Assembly: GCA_012728275.1 (NCBI GenBank)
Contig: JAAYFK010000049.1
Location: forward strand, 77,163 to 141,162
Direction of reading: 5' to 3'
DNA from: Clostridiaceae bacterium
GTDB lineage: Bacteria > Bacillota > Clostridia > Saccharofermentanales > Saccharofermentanaceae
Length of the DNA stretch: 64,000 bases
The notes beneath the pieces were generated by a model that was not told where the DNA came from, did not search any database, and worked only from the letters and a program-made list of their open reading frames with translations. The position numbers and the translations under genes were made by a program. Positions 18,208 to 27,096 of the stretch are shown in pieces (the stretch's first letter is position 1; each line of letters opens with the position of its first letter).

Positions 18208-18365
18208 AAAATCACCACCTTTTCTATCAATTATATCAATAAAAATATACTCTTCTGTGACAGAGTCACACAGAAGAGGGTCACGACTAGATAATTACTA
18301 ATTTAGTAAGTAATTTGATTGCATAAATACAATATGTATTAGTTTTTGGGAACAAAGAGAAATGC

Positions 18366-18403
18366 AAATAAAAACGACGTAACAGATTTCCGTTACGTCG
18401 TTT
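18366..18403 (-). terminator. Terminator of tRNA-Leu/tRNA-fMet operon
   Basis: AAACGACGTAAC-N8-GTTACGTCGTTT 12-bp stem followed by a U-tract on minus. Confidence 0.8.
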
Positions 18404-18407
18404 GTCT

Positions 18408-18484
18408 TGGTTGCGGAGGCGGGACTCGAACCTCACGACCTCCGGGTTATGAGCCCGGCAAGCTACCAACTGCTCCACTCCGCG
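18408..18484 (-). tRNA. Initiator tRNA-fMet(CAT)
   Basis: CGCGGAG...CTCCGCAACCA with C1:A72 mismatch, GGG/CCC in the anticodon stem, CAT anticodon. Confidence 0.96.
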
Positions 18485-18511
18485 ATAATATAACTGTATT
18501 AAACAATAAGA

Positions 18512-18598
18512 TGGTGCTCATGACCGGACTTGAACCGGTACGGATTTTACTCCGACGGATTTTAAGTCCGTTGCGTCTGCCGATTCCGCCACACGAGC
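18512..18598 (-). tRNA. tRNA-Leu(TAA)
   Basis: 87-nt class II tRNA with long variable arm; ACGGA-CTTAAAA-TCCGT anticodon arm; encoded CCA. Confidence 0.95.
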
Positions 18599-18617
18599 CT
18601 GTCCGTAATGCTCATAG

Positions 18618-18646
18618 ATATTATCACGCACTACTCATATTGTCAA
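18618..18646 (-). promoter_or_regulatory. Sigma-A promoter of tRNA-Leu/fMet
   Basis: TTGACA-N17-TAATAT with extended -10 TG. Confidence 0.75.
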
Positions 18647-18771
18647 ACACGAATTTGGTCCATTTTTATCGCTGGAATTATTGCTTTTTCGTTACGCATT
18701 GAACATCTTCATTGCAAATGAAAATCCTTTGTTTTATTATAAAGTTATTAAAGATGAGAGGTGTTGATATA

Positions 18772-20925
18772 ATGCTATTCAATTCTGATGATAATAACAA
18801 GAGCAATATAGATTCTTCTGGTAATTCCAAGCGATTGTTTGGTGCCGAAGATGCTACCTTTGATGAATCCAATGCTGCTTCAAGTAATAAGGATTCGTTA
18901 TTTGCTTCCTCTAAGAGCGATTCAGCAAATGGCGCTAATTCGGAAGGTGGTTCGTTGTTCAATAGTAGCTTCAATCCTGACGAAATTGATGGAGAAGATT
19001 TTTTCGCTGACCTGGACCAAGCTCTTCCTGAATCAGATGTTGACACTTCAAATTCGAGTGGCAACATTCAGAGTTCGTTCGTTGTTTCATTTAAAGCAAA
19101 TGATCCTATCAATACTGTTTCTGGCGTAATCAATGATTCGAATTCTAATGATGAGTTCCAATTTGACGATGATTTAGCTGACTTGGATATTCCTGATGAT
19201 GTGTCTCCATTTAAGCCAGCTTTCGCTTCGCAGAAAGAGGATGTCAAATCTGAGCCTGCTAACTTAGAGGTACCTTCTTTCCCTGCTAAACCTGTTTCTC
19301 CTGTTAGTGAGCCTGTGATACCTGAGACTCCTGATACACCTGCCGATGAAGAGCCTCAAGATTCTGCATCCCTTTTCGATTCTGGAAAAGAATTGGATTT
19401 TGCTGGTTCTACTGTTGATAACAAGACTAGTCCTTTTGCAAATGCGAAGGCACCAGAATTAACTCATAGTTCTGATGAGCCTTCCGTGTCCTTCAATTCT
19501 GAATTCTCTACAGATGATGATTTAAGTGTTGAAGAAGACGTGAGAAAGGATATATCTGTCGAGACAAAAGAGGTAGATAAGGCTCCTGAGGATACTGATG
19601 TAGTAGCTAGTACCACAGTAGCTGACGAATCCTCATCATTATTCTCTGAAAATGATGAAATTACCCATGAATCGAAGTTAACTACTTTTGGTAAGGTTAC
19701 TTCTGGCGTAAATGCGTTTTCATACAAGCCTAGTGTTTCTTCTGGTGACATTCCTCATGAAGCAAGTCCTTTTGCGAAGAGTGATGACAAAGTATCAGAT
19801 GCTGCACCTGCAAATAGTTCAGTTCCTTTTGCTACAGTCAATGCTGCTCCAAGCGCTAAGATAAGCCCTCGTAACGAACCAGCTACTTCGCTATCCCAGC
19901 GTCGTGCCGTTAGAGGAGCAACCTCGGAAGAAGCAAAGTCTTCTGAAGGCGGTGCTGATTCGGCATCTTCTGATGTTAAGGTGGTAGATCCAAGCAATAA
20001 GCTTTCCCATCGTCCAGGAACTGTTAATGCATCCGAGAAAGCATCAGCACGCAAAGGCGTTAGTGACGCGGCTCCAATTAAGCGTACATCTAGCAGGCCT
20101 ACACATTCTGCAAACGCAAGCAGAGCGGTGGATGTGTCTGAAAGACCTATCTCACCTAAGTATTCGGCTGCTTCTCAAAAGGGAAATATTCAACCAGTTA
20201 CTCAAATGGATTCAAAAAAACGCAAGAGAAGAGACAGAGTTCGCGGTGAAGGCGGAATTTCTGGTATTGTTTGGCTTCTCGTAGTTATTATTTTATTTGG
20301 CGCTTTGATTTATGTTTTAACCAATATGGATCAGATTTCTTCTTTGCTTGGCATTGAGACATCGTCAATCACGGAAACAACGGCTAGTGTATCTTCAACA
20401 ACTATTCCTGAAGCGTCGACGGAAGATACAAAGGAACCTACTGAAGAAAGTACGGAAGCTACTACGAGAGCAACAACAGCTACAACTACAACTGCAACTG
20501 AGGAGCCAACAGAGGAATCTAGTGACACATCAGCTACAACTACTAGTGCGACTACTACGACTACACGCTCTACTTCTGGTAACCCTGTTCTCACCTTCTA
20601 TAGTGGAATTGATAATGCAGCGACCACTTCAACAGGTTTCTCATTTGATTTAACACTTCAGAACTATGGAACTGTTGATGCTGTTCTTGCTGACTCTGTA
20701 TTATCCATTAGAATTACGCTTTCAACAAATCAAGACATTACTGGAATCTCATCTCAGTACTATACATTTACAGAAGATCCTTCTTCTGCTAACACATATA
20801 TTGGCACTCCGACATCCGGAACTATTACTGCTGGTGAGACATTGAATATGACTATCAATGTTGCAACCTCATCACCAGTAACGACATTCTTAGTAAGTTC
20901 TTACTACTTCGATTGGAATGACTAA
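18772..20925 (+). CDS. Large single-pass membrane protein: acidic low-complexity cytoplasmic region, Thr-rich stalk, C-terminal beta-rich domain
   Basis: GAGAGGTG RBS before ATG 18772; ~500 aa rich in D/S/E/P; KKRKRRDR then a TM helix; T/E/S-rich linker; ~110-aa beta-strand-like terminal domain. Confidence 0.8.
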   Translation: MLFNSDDNNKSNIDSSGNSKRLFGAEDATFDESNAASSNKDSLFASSKSDSANGANSEGGSLFNSSFNPDEIDGEDFFADLDQALPESDVDTSNSSGNIQSSFVVSFKANDPINTVSGVINDSNSNDEFQFDDDLADLDIPDDVSPFKPAFASQKEDVKSEPANLEVPSFPAKPVSPVSEPVIPETPDTPADEEPQDSASLFDSGKELDFAGSTVDNKTSPFANAKAPELTHSSDEPSVSFNSEFSTDDDLSVEEDVRKDISVETKEVDKAPEDTDVVASTTVADESSSLFSENDEITHESKLTTFGKVTSGVNAFSYKPSVSSGDIPHEASPFAKSDDKVSDAAPANSSVPFATVNAAPSAKISPRNEPATSLSQRRAVRGATSEEAKSSEGGADSASSDVKVVDPSNKLSHRPGTVNASEKASARKGVSDAAPIKRTSSRPTHSANASRAVDVSERPISPKYSAASQKGNIQPVTQMDSKKRKRRDRVRGEGGISGIVWLLVVIILFGALIYVLTNMDQISSLLGIETSSITETTASVSSTTIPEASTEDTKEPTEESTEATTRATTATTTTATEEPTEESSDTSATTTSATTTTTRSTSGNPVLTFYSGIDNAATTSTGFSFDLTLQNYGTVDAVLADSVLSIRITLSTNQDITGISSQYYTFTEDPSSANTYIGTPTSGTITAGETLNMTINVATSSPVTTFLVSSYYFDWND

Positions 20926-20959
20926 TTAGCAAAGGTTTATTACTCAAATCAAATTAATT

Positions 20960-20997
20960 ACGGTACGGTTTCTTATTGGACTGTACCGTTTCTTTTT
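20960..20997 (+). terminator. Intrinsic terminator
   Basis: ACGGTACGGT-loop-ACTGTACCGT followed by TTCTTTTT. Confidence 0.7.
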
Positions 20998-21068
20998 GTG
21001 CCTTTTCGAGCAACGAAAAAGCGATGTGTAATAAAAACACATCGCCGATAAATCCATTAATAGTATTC

Positions 21069-22178
21069 TTACTTCTCTATCTTCATTCCAGACAGAAAAG
21101 CATTAATAAATCCATCGATGTTTCCATCCATTACGTTATCAACATCAACTACTTCAAACCCAGTTCTGTGATCTTTAACAAGCGTGTACGGACAAAAAAC
21201 ATAAGATCTTATCTGACTTCCCCAGGCAATATCCATTTGATTTCCTTTTAGGTCTTCTATTTTCTCCATTTGAGCCGCTTGAGCTAAAGCAAATAACTTT
21301 GCCTTAAGCATACTCATAGCAGTCTCCTTGTTTTGAACCTGTGAACGCTCTGCTTGACAGGCAACAACACACCCAGTTGGAATATGGGTAAGACGTACCG
21401 CCGAATCTGTTTTATTAATGTGCTGTCCACCTTTACCAGTCGCACGATAAGTATCGACACGGACCTCAGTCATATCTATCTTAATGTCGATGGTATCGTC
21501 CAGTTCTGGCATAATCTCGCAAGAAGCAAAAGATGTATGTCTTCTTCCGGAAGCATCAAAAGGAGATATTCTTACTAGTCTGTGAACACCCATCTCTGAT
21601 CTTAAAAAGCCATATGCATTCTCTCCAGTAAACAACAAAGAACAACTCTTTATGCCAGCTTCATCTCCATCAAGATAATCAAGTTCTTTAATTTCGAATC
21701 CGTGCATCTCAGCCCAACGAGTATACATTCTATATAGCATTTCTACCCAGTCTTGAGCCTCAGTACCGCCAGCGCCAGCATGAAGTGTAAGAATAGCGTT
21801 ATTCTTGTCATACTCACCTGTTAGAAGAGTCTCAAGACGCATTTTCTCATACTCATCCTTCAGTTTCTCAAGTCCAGAAGTAACATCAGTTACTGACTCT
21901 GCATCCTCCGCTTCGTCGCATAACTCGCACATTACTAGAAGGTCTTCTCTATCAGAACAAAGCTTCATGAAGCTATCTACTTTCTTCTGCAAACGCTTCA
22001 ACTTAGTTTGTAAGTGTTGAGCTTTCTCAACATCATTCCAGAAATCAGGCTCTTGAGTTCTAGACTCTAGCTCACTTATCTGTGTCATAACATGCTCTAT
22101 ATGAAGAGCGTCTTTAAGAGTGTCAATTGGCCCTTCCAAGCCCTCCAATTCGAGTCGTATGTTATCATACTCAAGCAT
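21069..22178 (-). CDS. prfB: Peptide chain release factor 2, encoded without the +1 frameshift
   Basis: SPF (RISPFD) and GGQ motifs; one continuous ORF with CTT-CAT at codons 25-26. Confidence 0.97.
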   Translation of the reverse strand: MLEYDNIRLELEGLEGPIDTLKDALHIEHVMTQISELESRTQEPDFWNDVEKAQHLQTKLKRLQKKVDSFMKLCSDREDLLVMCELCDEAEDAESVTDVTSGLEKLKDEYEKMRLETLLTGEYDKNNAILTLHAGAGGTEAQDWVEMLYRMYTRWAEMHGFEIKELDYLDGDEAGIKSCSLLFTGENAYGFLRSEMGVHRLVRISPFDASGRRHTSFASCEIMPELDDTIDIKIDMTEVRVDTYRATGKGGQHINKTDSAVRLTHIPTGCVVACQAERSQVQNKETAMSMLKAKLFALAQAAQMEKIEDLKGNQMDIAWGSQIRSYVFCPYTLVKDHRTGFEVVDVDNVMDGNIDGFINAFLSGMKIEK

Positions 22179-23370
22179 TAATGTTTCCCACCTTTATTTT
22201 GTTAATAAAATCTTTCAATCTCTTCATTGCTTCGATAATATCATCTAGAGAAGCCGCATAACTAATACGAACATGTCCCTCGCCGCAAGCTCCAAAAGCA
22301 TTACCTGGAACGATAGCGACTCTCTTCTCTTTTAGGAATCTCTCACAGAATTCTTCAGAAGAAAGGCCCGTACTCTTTATCGAAGGGAATGCATAAAAAG
22401 CGCCCATAGGAGTGAAACAAGTAAGACCAGCATCTTTTAATCCTTGAATAATAATGCGGCGTCTATGATTATACTCATCCCTCATCTCGCTCACAGCTTC
22501 ATCACAATTATTCGCTGCCTCAACAATAGCTAATTGCGCCATAGAAGGAGAACACATAATACAATATTGATGTATCTTGGTCATAGGAGCAATTAGCTCG
22601 CTTGGACCCAAGACATAACCAATTCTAAATCCAGTCATAGCGTAAGACTTAGAAAAACCATTTATCATTATTACTCTTTCTTTTAGCTCTTCAAAACATA
22701 CTAATGAAGCTGGCTTACTGGAATCATAATTTAACTCGCAATATAGTTCATCGGAAAGTACTATCACATTCGGGTGCTTCAAAAGAACATCCTTTATTCT
22801 GGATAGTTCTTCCATAGTCATTATCGCCCCAGTAGGATTGCTTGGGTATCCAAGAATCAAATACTTTGTCTTACTTGTAATTGCAGCTTCCAGTTCTTCA
22901 GGCATTAATTTAAAATCATTCTCTTGCCTAGTTTCAATAACAACTGGCACACCATGCGCAAAAAGAACTGTTGCCTTATATGCAACAAAGCACGGCTCAA
23001 CAATAATTACCTCATCGCCAGGATTAATCAGAGCTCTAGCAGCAATATCCAAACCCTCACTTCCACCAACGGTAACAAGAACCTCGTGACCAGGGTCGTA
23101 GGATACGTCATATCTTCTCTTAATGTATTTTGAAATTGCAACTCTTGTATCAATATACCCTGCATTTGGTGAGTAATGAGTGTATCCATCAATTAAAGAA
23201 TTAATTCCTGCTTCTCGAATACTCCAAGGAGTAACAAAATCAGGCTCTCCAATCGAAAGCGAGATTACCTCACCTTTCATCTCATTAGCTAAATCAAAAA
23301 ATCTTCGAATAGCCGACGGTGGAACGTTCTTAACTACCTCAGATATTTTGTCTTGATAATCAAAACTCAT
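22171..23370 (-). CDS. Class I/II PLP aminotransferase (AlaT/YugH-like)
   Basis: SLSIGEPDF, YPSNPTG, SDELY, NGFSKSYAMTGFRIG. Confidence 0.9.
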   Translation of the reverse strand: MSFDYQDKISEVVKNVPPSAIRRFFDLANEMKGEVISLSIGEPDFVTPWSIREAGINSLIDGYTHYSPNAGYIDTRVAISKYIKRRYDVSYDPGHEVLVTVGGSEGLDIAARALINPGDEVIIVEPCFVAYKATVLFAHGVPVVIETRQENDFKLMPEELEAAITSKTKYLILGYPSNPTGAIMTMEELSRIKDVLLKHPNVIVLSDELYCELNYDSSKPASLVCFEELKERVIMINGFSKSYAMTGFRIGYVLGPSELIAPMTKIHQYCIMCSPSMAQLAIVEAANNCDEAVSEMRDEYNHRRRIIIQGLKDAGLTCFTPMGAFYAFPSIKSTGLSSEEFCERFLKEKRVAIVPGNAFGACGEGHVRISYAASLDDIIEAMKRLKDFINKIKVGNINA

Positions 23371-23855
23371 AGAATAACCGCCTGCCTATCATCTGTGTCA
23401 CCCTTTTCGAAAATAATTCCATTAGACTTATATTTCTTAAGAATGAAGTGCGTAGTTGTTGATAAGACACCGTCAAGAGGAGCTATTTTGTCAGAGACAA
23501 AAGAAGCTACATCGCGAAGGTTCTTATCTTCATATATCAACATTAAATCAAAGCCACCAGACATCAAATAACATGCCGTAACCTTATCGTTCTTGCAAAG
23601 AATATCTGCAATATGATCAAACCCCTTGTTGCGCATAGGAGTAATTCTTACCTCTATCATGGCCACAACATTATCTTTATCCATCTTCTCCCAATCTATC
23701 TGGGCCGAATATCCAAGAATTATCTTCTCATTAGAGAGAGCACTAAGCTCTGCCTCAACCTCTGCTACATCGCAATCAAGCATTATAGCAATATTGTCAG
23801 GCGTTAGTCGTGCATCATTCTGAATTATTCTTAATAATTCCATTCGATTAATCAT
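23367..23855 (-). CDS. Lrp/AsnC-family regulator (AlaR/YugG-like)
   Basis: N-terminal HTH, RAM domain YLMSGGFDL...THFILKKYK; 4-nt overlap with the aminotransferase gene. Confidence 0.9.
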   Translation of the reverse strand: MINRMELLRIIQNDARLTPDNIAIMLDCDVAEVEAELSALSNEKIILGYSAQIDWEKMDKDNVVAMIEVRITPMRNKGFDHIADILCKNDKVTACYLMSGGFDLMLIYEDKNLRDVASFVSDKIAPLDGVLSTTTHFILKKYKSNGIIFEKGDTDDRQAVIL

Positions 23856-23921
23856 AACAGAAGCCTCCTTCTTTACATTTAATGATTGATTTTAACACAT
23901 ATAATGTATCAAAGACACATT

Positions 23922-23953
23922 AAAAATCGGGAAGAACATAAGCTCTTCCCGAT
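23922..23953 (-). terminator. Terminator after malic enzyme gene
   Basis: ATCGGGAAGA-N8-TCTTCCCGAT perfect 10-bp stem with U-tract on minus. Confidence 0.75.
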
Positions 23954-23977
23954 ATAAATCTTATATAAAATGAATCA

Positions 23978-25150
23978 TTAGATACGAGCAACTCCGCTCT
24001 TTCTAGCAGCCTCAGCTACAGCAGCAGCTACAGCCTTACCAACACGAGGATCAAAAGCATCTGGAAGAATGTAATCAGGTCTTAGTTCAGAATCTGATAC
24101 TATTCCTGCAATAGCATAAGCAGCAGCAAGCTTCATCTCATCATTGATATCAGAAGCTCTTACATCCAAAGCGCCTCTGAAGATACCTGGGAATGCAAGA
24201 ACGTTATTAACTTGGTTAGGGAAATCAGAACGACCAGTTGCCATAACTGCAACTCCAGCCTTCTTAGCCTCATCAGGAAGAATCTCAGGTACTGGGTTAG
24301 CACATGCAAATACTATTGGATCTTTACCCATTGTAGCTACCATATCAGCAGTAAGTACTCCTGGAGCAGAAACACCGATAAATACATCAGCGCCAACAAT
24401 TACATCCTTAAGAGAACCCTTCTTCATCTTCTTGTTTGTCATAGAAGCAATCTCAGCCTTAGCATCGTTAAGCTTCTCTCTTCCCTGATAAATAGCTCCT
24501 GTTCTATCACAAAGAACTACATCGTTAAGTCCACATGAAATCAATAGCTTTGTAATAGCTGTTGCAGCAGCTCCAGCTCCATTTACTACTACAGAAATGT
24601 CATCTAAATTCTTACCAACAACCTTCAATCCATTAATAATTCCAGCTAGAGTTATAACAGCTGTACCATGCTGGTCATCATGGAAAATCGGGATATCACA
24701 TATTTCCTTAAGCTTCTTCTCGATCTCGAAACATCTTGGAGCAGAAATATCCTCAAGGTTAACTCCACCAAAAGATCCAGCTAGCAAAGCTACTGTATTG
24801 ACTATATCGTCAACTTCCTTAGAGCGAATACACAATGGGAATGCATCAACATCACCAAATGCCTTAAACAGTGCACACTTTCCTTCCATAACTGGCATGC
24901 CAGCTTCTGGTCCGATATCACCTAATCCAAGAACTGCCGTTCCATCTGTTACAACAGCTACTAGATTATGTCTTCTTGTATACTTGTATGATAAATCAAC
25001 GTCCTTAGAAATCTCTAAGCAAGGCTCAGCAACACCAGGTGTGTATGCAATAGCCAATTCTTCCTTCGAACCTACTGGAGCACGTGCGATTACTTCAATC
25101 TTACCTTTCCATTCGGTATGCTTCTTAATTGCTTCCTGTTTAACGTCCAT
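23978..25150 (-). CDS. NAD(P)-dependent malic enzyme
   Basis: AYTPGVA, VTDGTAVLGLG, NLEDI, FHDDQHGTA, GAGAAA, ANPVPEI, NQVNNVLAFPG; start re-called at GGAGGT-N7-ATG 25150. Confidence 0.95.
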   Translation of the reverse strand: MDVKQEAIKKHTEWKGKIEVIARAPVGSKEELAIAYTPGVAEPCLEISKDVDLSYKYTRRHNLVAVVTDGTAVLGLGDIGPEAGMPVMEGKCALFKAFGDVDAFPLCIRSKEVDDIVNTVALLAGSFGGVNLEDISAPRCFEIEKKLKEICDIPIFHDDQHGTAVITLAGIINGLKVVGKNLDDISVVVNGAGAAATAITKLLISCGLNDVVLCDRTGAIYQGREKLNDAKAEIASMTNKKMKKGSLKDVIVGADVFIGVSAPGVLTADMVATMGKDPIVFACANPVPEILPDEAKKAGVAVMATGRSDFPNQVNNVLAFPGIFRGALDVRASDINDEMKLAAAYAIAGIVSDSELRPDYILPDAFDPRVGKAVAAAVAEAARKSGVARI

Positions 25151-25239
25151 AATATTTACCTCCATATTTAACAAACATCAATATAATAATTGACAAAGGG
25201 TTAAATTTCAATAATCGAAAAGATTACGAAAACAACAAA

Positions 25240-26052
25240 CTAACTAGTAAAAACACGATCAATCATATTGCAATATGATATTCCAATTGCTCTGCCAATA
25301 GCTAGACAGCTATATACATTTACGAATGAGACAAGCACTGAAGCTATTGGCTCTGAGTAGTTTCCAACAATAGAAAGAATGGAATTCAACAAATATGACA
25401 ACATCAAAACTATCGATACTACGTATGAAAGAGAGAAAAAATACCCTTTAGAATACGTAAAACCTTGCTTAACTGACGCTATCAAACCAGCATCACCAGA
25501 AAGATAAAATGCAGGAATCATAACAATAATTGGCGTAATGAAAATCAATACTATAGCAAAGTAAGATAGAATCGAAAAAAACATCATAAAAACAACCAAG
25601 TATGCTATCGTCCCAATAATCAATCTGAATACTAGTTTTCCAACACTAATAGGAGCACGTACTCTCGAAGCAAAACTATTATCTCCCGCTTCTTTTGCCT
25701 TTGATACCAATTGAATCCTAAGCGATCGAATATACATAGCCGCATATAAGCCAATACCTACTACACACAAAATTAGTACAAAAGCGGACCACAAAAGGTA
25801 AATCCAATTACCAGTAGTTAAGGGCATCGAACTTAACATTTCATAAGCCTTACTTGTATCGTTAGCATTTACGACTTCCGAAAAGTCCTCATACCAAATC
25901 CAGAAAGAAGCGAAATCTGAATCTCCAAATGGAATTATCGCTACCTGACACCTAAGTAAAAAAAGAACAAGAAACAGAGAGCGTACCCCCCACTTCTTGT
26001 TCATTCCTTCTATATCTAGGCAAGCTCGTAATTGTCTTAGTATCATAATCAA
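25240..26052 (-). CDS. Hypothetical multi-pass membrane protein
   Basis: About 6 hydrophobic helices; overlaps the upstream stop; no family motif recognised; start uncertain. Confidence 0.65.
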   Translation of the reverse strand: MIMILRQLRACLDIEGMNKKWGVRSLFLVLFLLRCQVAIIPFGDSDFASFWIWYEDFSEVVNANDTSKAYEMLSSMPLTTGNWIYLLWSAFVLILCVVGIGLYAAMYIRSLRIQLVSKAKEAGDNSFASRVRAPISVGKLVFRLIIGTIAYLVVFMMFFSILSYFAIVLIFITPIIVMIPAFYLSGDAGLIASVKQGFTYSKGYFFSLSYVVSIVLMLSYLLNSILSIVGNYSEPIASVLVSFVNVYSCLAIGRAIGISYCNMIDRVFTS

Positions 26053-26996
26053 ACTAAATCGTTACAAACATTACCGTTAACCAAATGCTCGGTTACAATT
26101 CTCTTAGCTTTCAGACTATCAACATTCTTATATCTAACACTTGTTCCATCTACAGATACTATATCAACTATTGGTTGACTAGCAGCATCACCTGTTGCTG
26201 GCTCAAGATTAACAGCTACTTCATATAGCTTGTTCTCGCTAATAGCATCTACAAAAGCTCTTGCAGTCTCACGAGCACCTGCATTAATTCCAAGAGTACC
26301 CATTGCAACAACTACCTTAGTACCCTTCGCATCACGAACAGACATATCTGCCTTAGCACTTTCTCTCATAGCATTTAGTTCTTCTAAAGAATTCATTTGT
26401 GAAATACCTCCGATAAATTTATCCAAGTGATCAGTGACTAGCCTCGTAATAAAATTATACCCTATCACTGAGCTTACAGGCACTCCGCCGAGATCTTTTC
26501 TTACCTTCTCACTGTCCAACATAAATATTGCACCATTCTCATACGAAAAATCAAGCGATATTTTAATGTTTTCATAGGACGCAACGAATAACGCATATGT
26601 CAATCCTACATCTCCAAGCGAAATGAGTTTTGTTTCTCCAATTATATCCCGAATATGCCACTTAGTAATTACCATTAGACCGCTAGGATTTTGTGGCTTG
26701 AAGTTGACGCCAAGGCCGTGTTGTTGGTTCTTCTTAAGAATGCAAGATAACGCTGTTCCTCTATCATTGCCTTTTGTTGAATAAAATCCTCTCTGTATTC
26801 TGGGTAACACTTCCGGATTCATTCCAGTACCATTATCCCTTATAGATAGCGTTAGAATATCGTCTGTCCTGTTCGCATTAATAGAGCAATTTATAGTTGT
26901 CGCCCCTGCCTCAACCGCGTTCATTAATAATTCTTGCAAGTAACATGACAGGTCTATGCAGAAATCCGTCACTTTTGACATATTCTTATTCTCCAT
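26049..26996 (-). CDS. Fusion of a degenerate HATPase_c (GHKL) domain and a Cys-less HndB-like thioredoxin-fold ferredoxin
   Basis: ELLMNAVEAGA (N box), IRDNGTGM (G1), FYSTK (F box); C-terminal MNSLEELNAMRE...VVVAMGTLGINAGARET...QPIVDIV...KRIVTEHLVNG resembles HndB. Confidence 0.7.
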   Translation of the reverse strand: MENKNMSKVTDFCIDLSCYLQELLMNAVEAGATTINCSINANRTDDILTLSIRDNGTGMNPEVLPRIQRGFYSTKGNDRGTALSCILKKNQQHGLGVNFKPQNPSGLMVITKWHIRDIIGETKLISLGDVGLTYALFVASYENIKISLDFSYENGAIFMLDSEKVRKDLGGVPVSSVIGYNFITRLVTDHLDKFIGGISQMNSLEELNAMRESAKADMSVRDAKGTKVVVAMGTLGINAGARETARAFVDAISENKLYEVAVNLEPATGDAASQPIVDIVSVDGTSVRYKNVDSLKAKRIVTEHLVNGNVCNDLV

Positions 26997-27096
26997 AACA
27001 GCGTATTTTTATAGAAACAATGTCTTTTAGATTATATCAACAGAAAGAGCATTTATGTTACAATACGCTATATTATTAATAAGGCGGTGAATTATC

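Noticed and set aside
14108-18407. Idea that the redox cluster is an island integrated at the tRNA-fMet 3' end
   Set aside because: I found no duplicated tRNA 3' end and no integrase remnant, so it cannot be supported from sequence alone
18287-18702. ORFs of 63 aa (-) and 118 aa (+) in the ORF track
   Set aside because: They overlap tRNA-fMet and tRNA-Leu and are translation artefacts of the tRNA sequences
20380-20580. ACT/ACA-rich quasi-repeats that might suggest a tandem repeat or CRISPR array
   Set aside because: They encode the Thr/Glu stalk of the membrane protein; there is no constant repeat-spacer period
24144-25193. Several plus-strand ORFs (114, 108, 198 aa) antisense to malic enzyme
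   Set aside because: Codon-bias shadows of a highly expressed gene; Ser/Pro/Ile-rich translations with no family features
27001-27096. Search for a GlnR/TnrA box (TGTNA-N7-TNACA) upstream of glnA
   Set aside because: No adequate match seen
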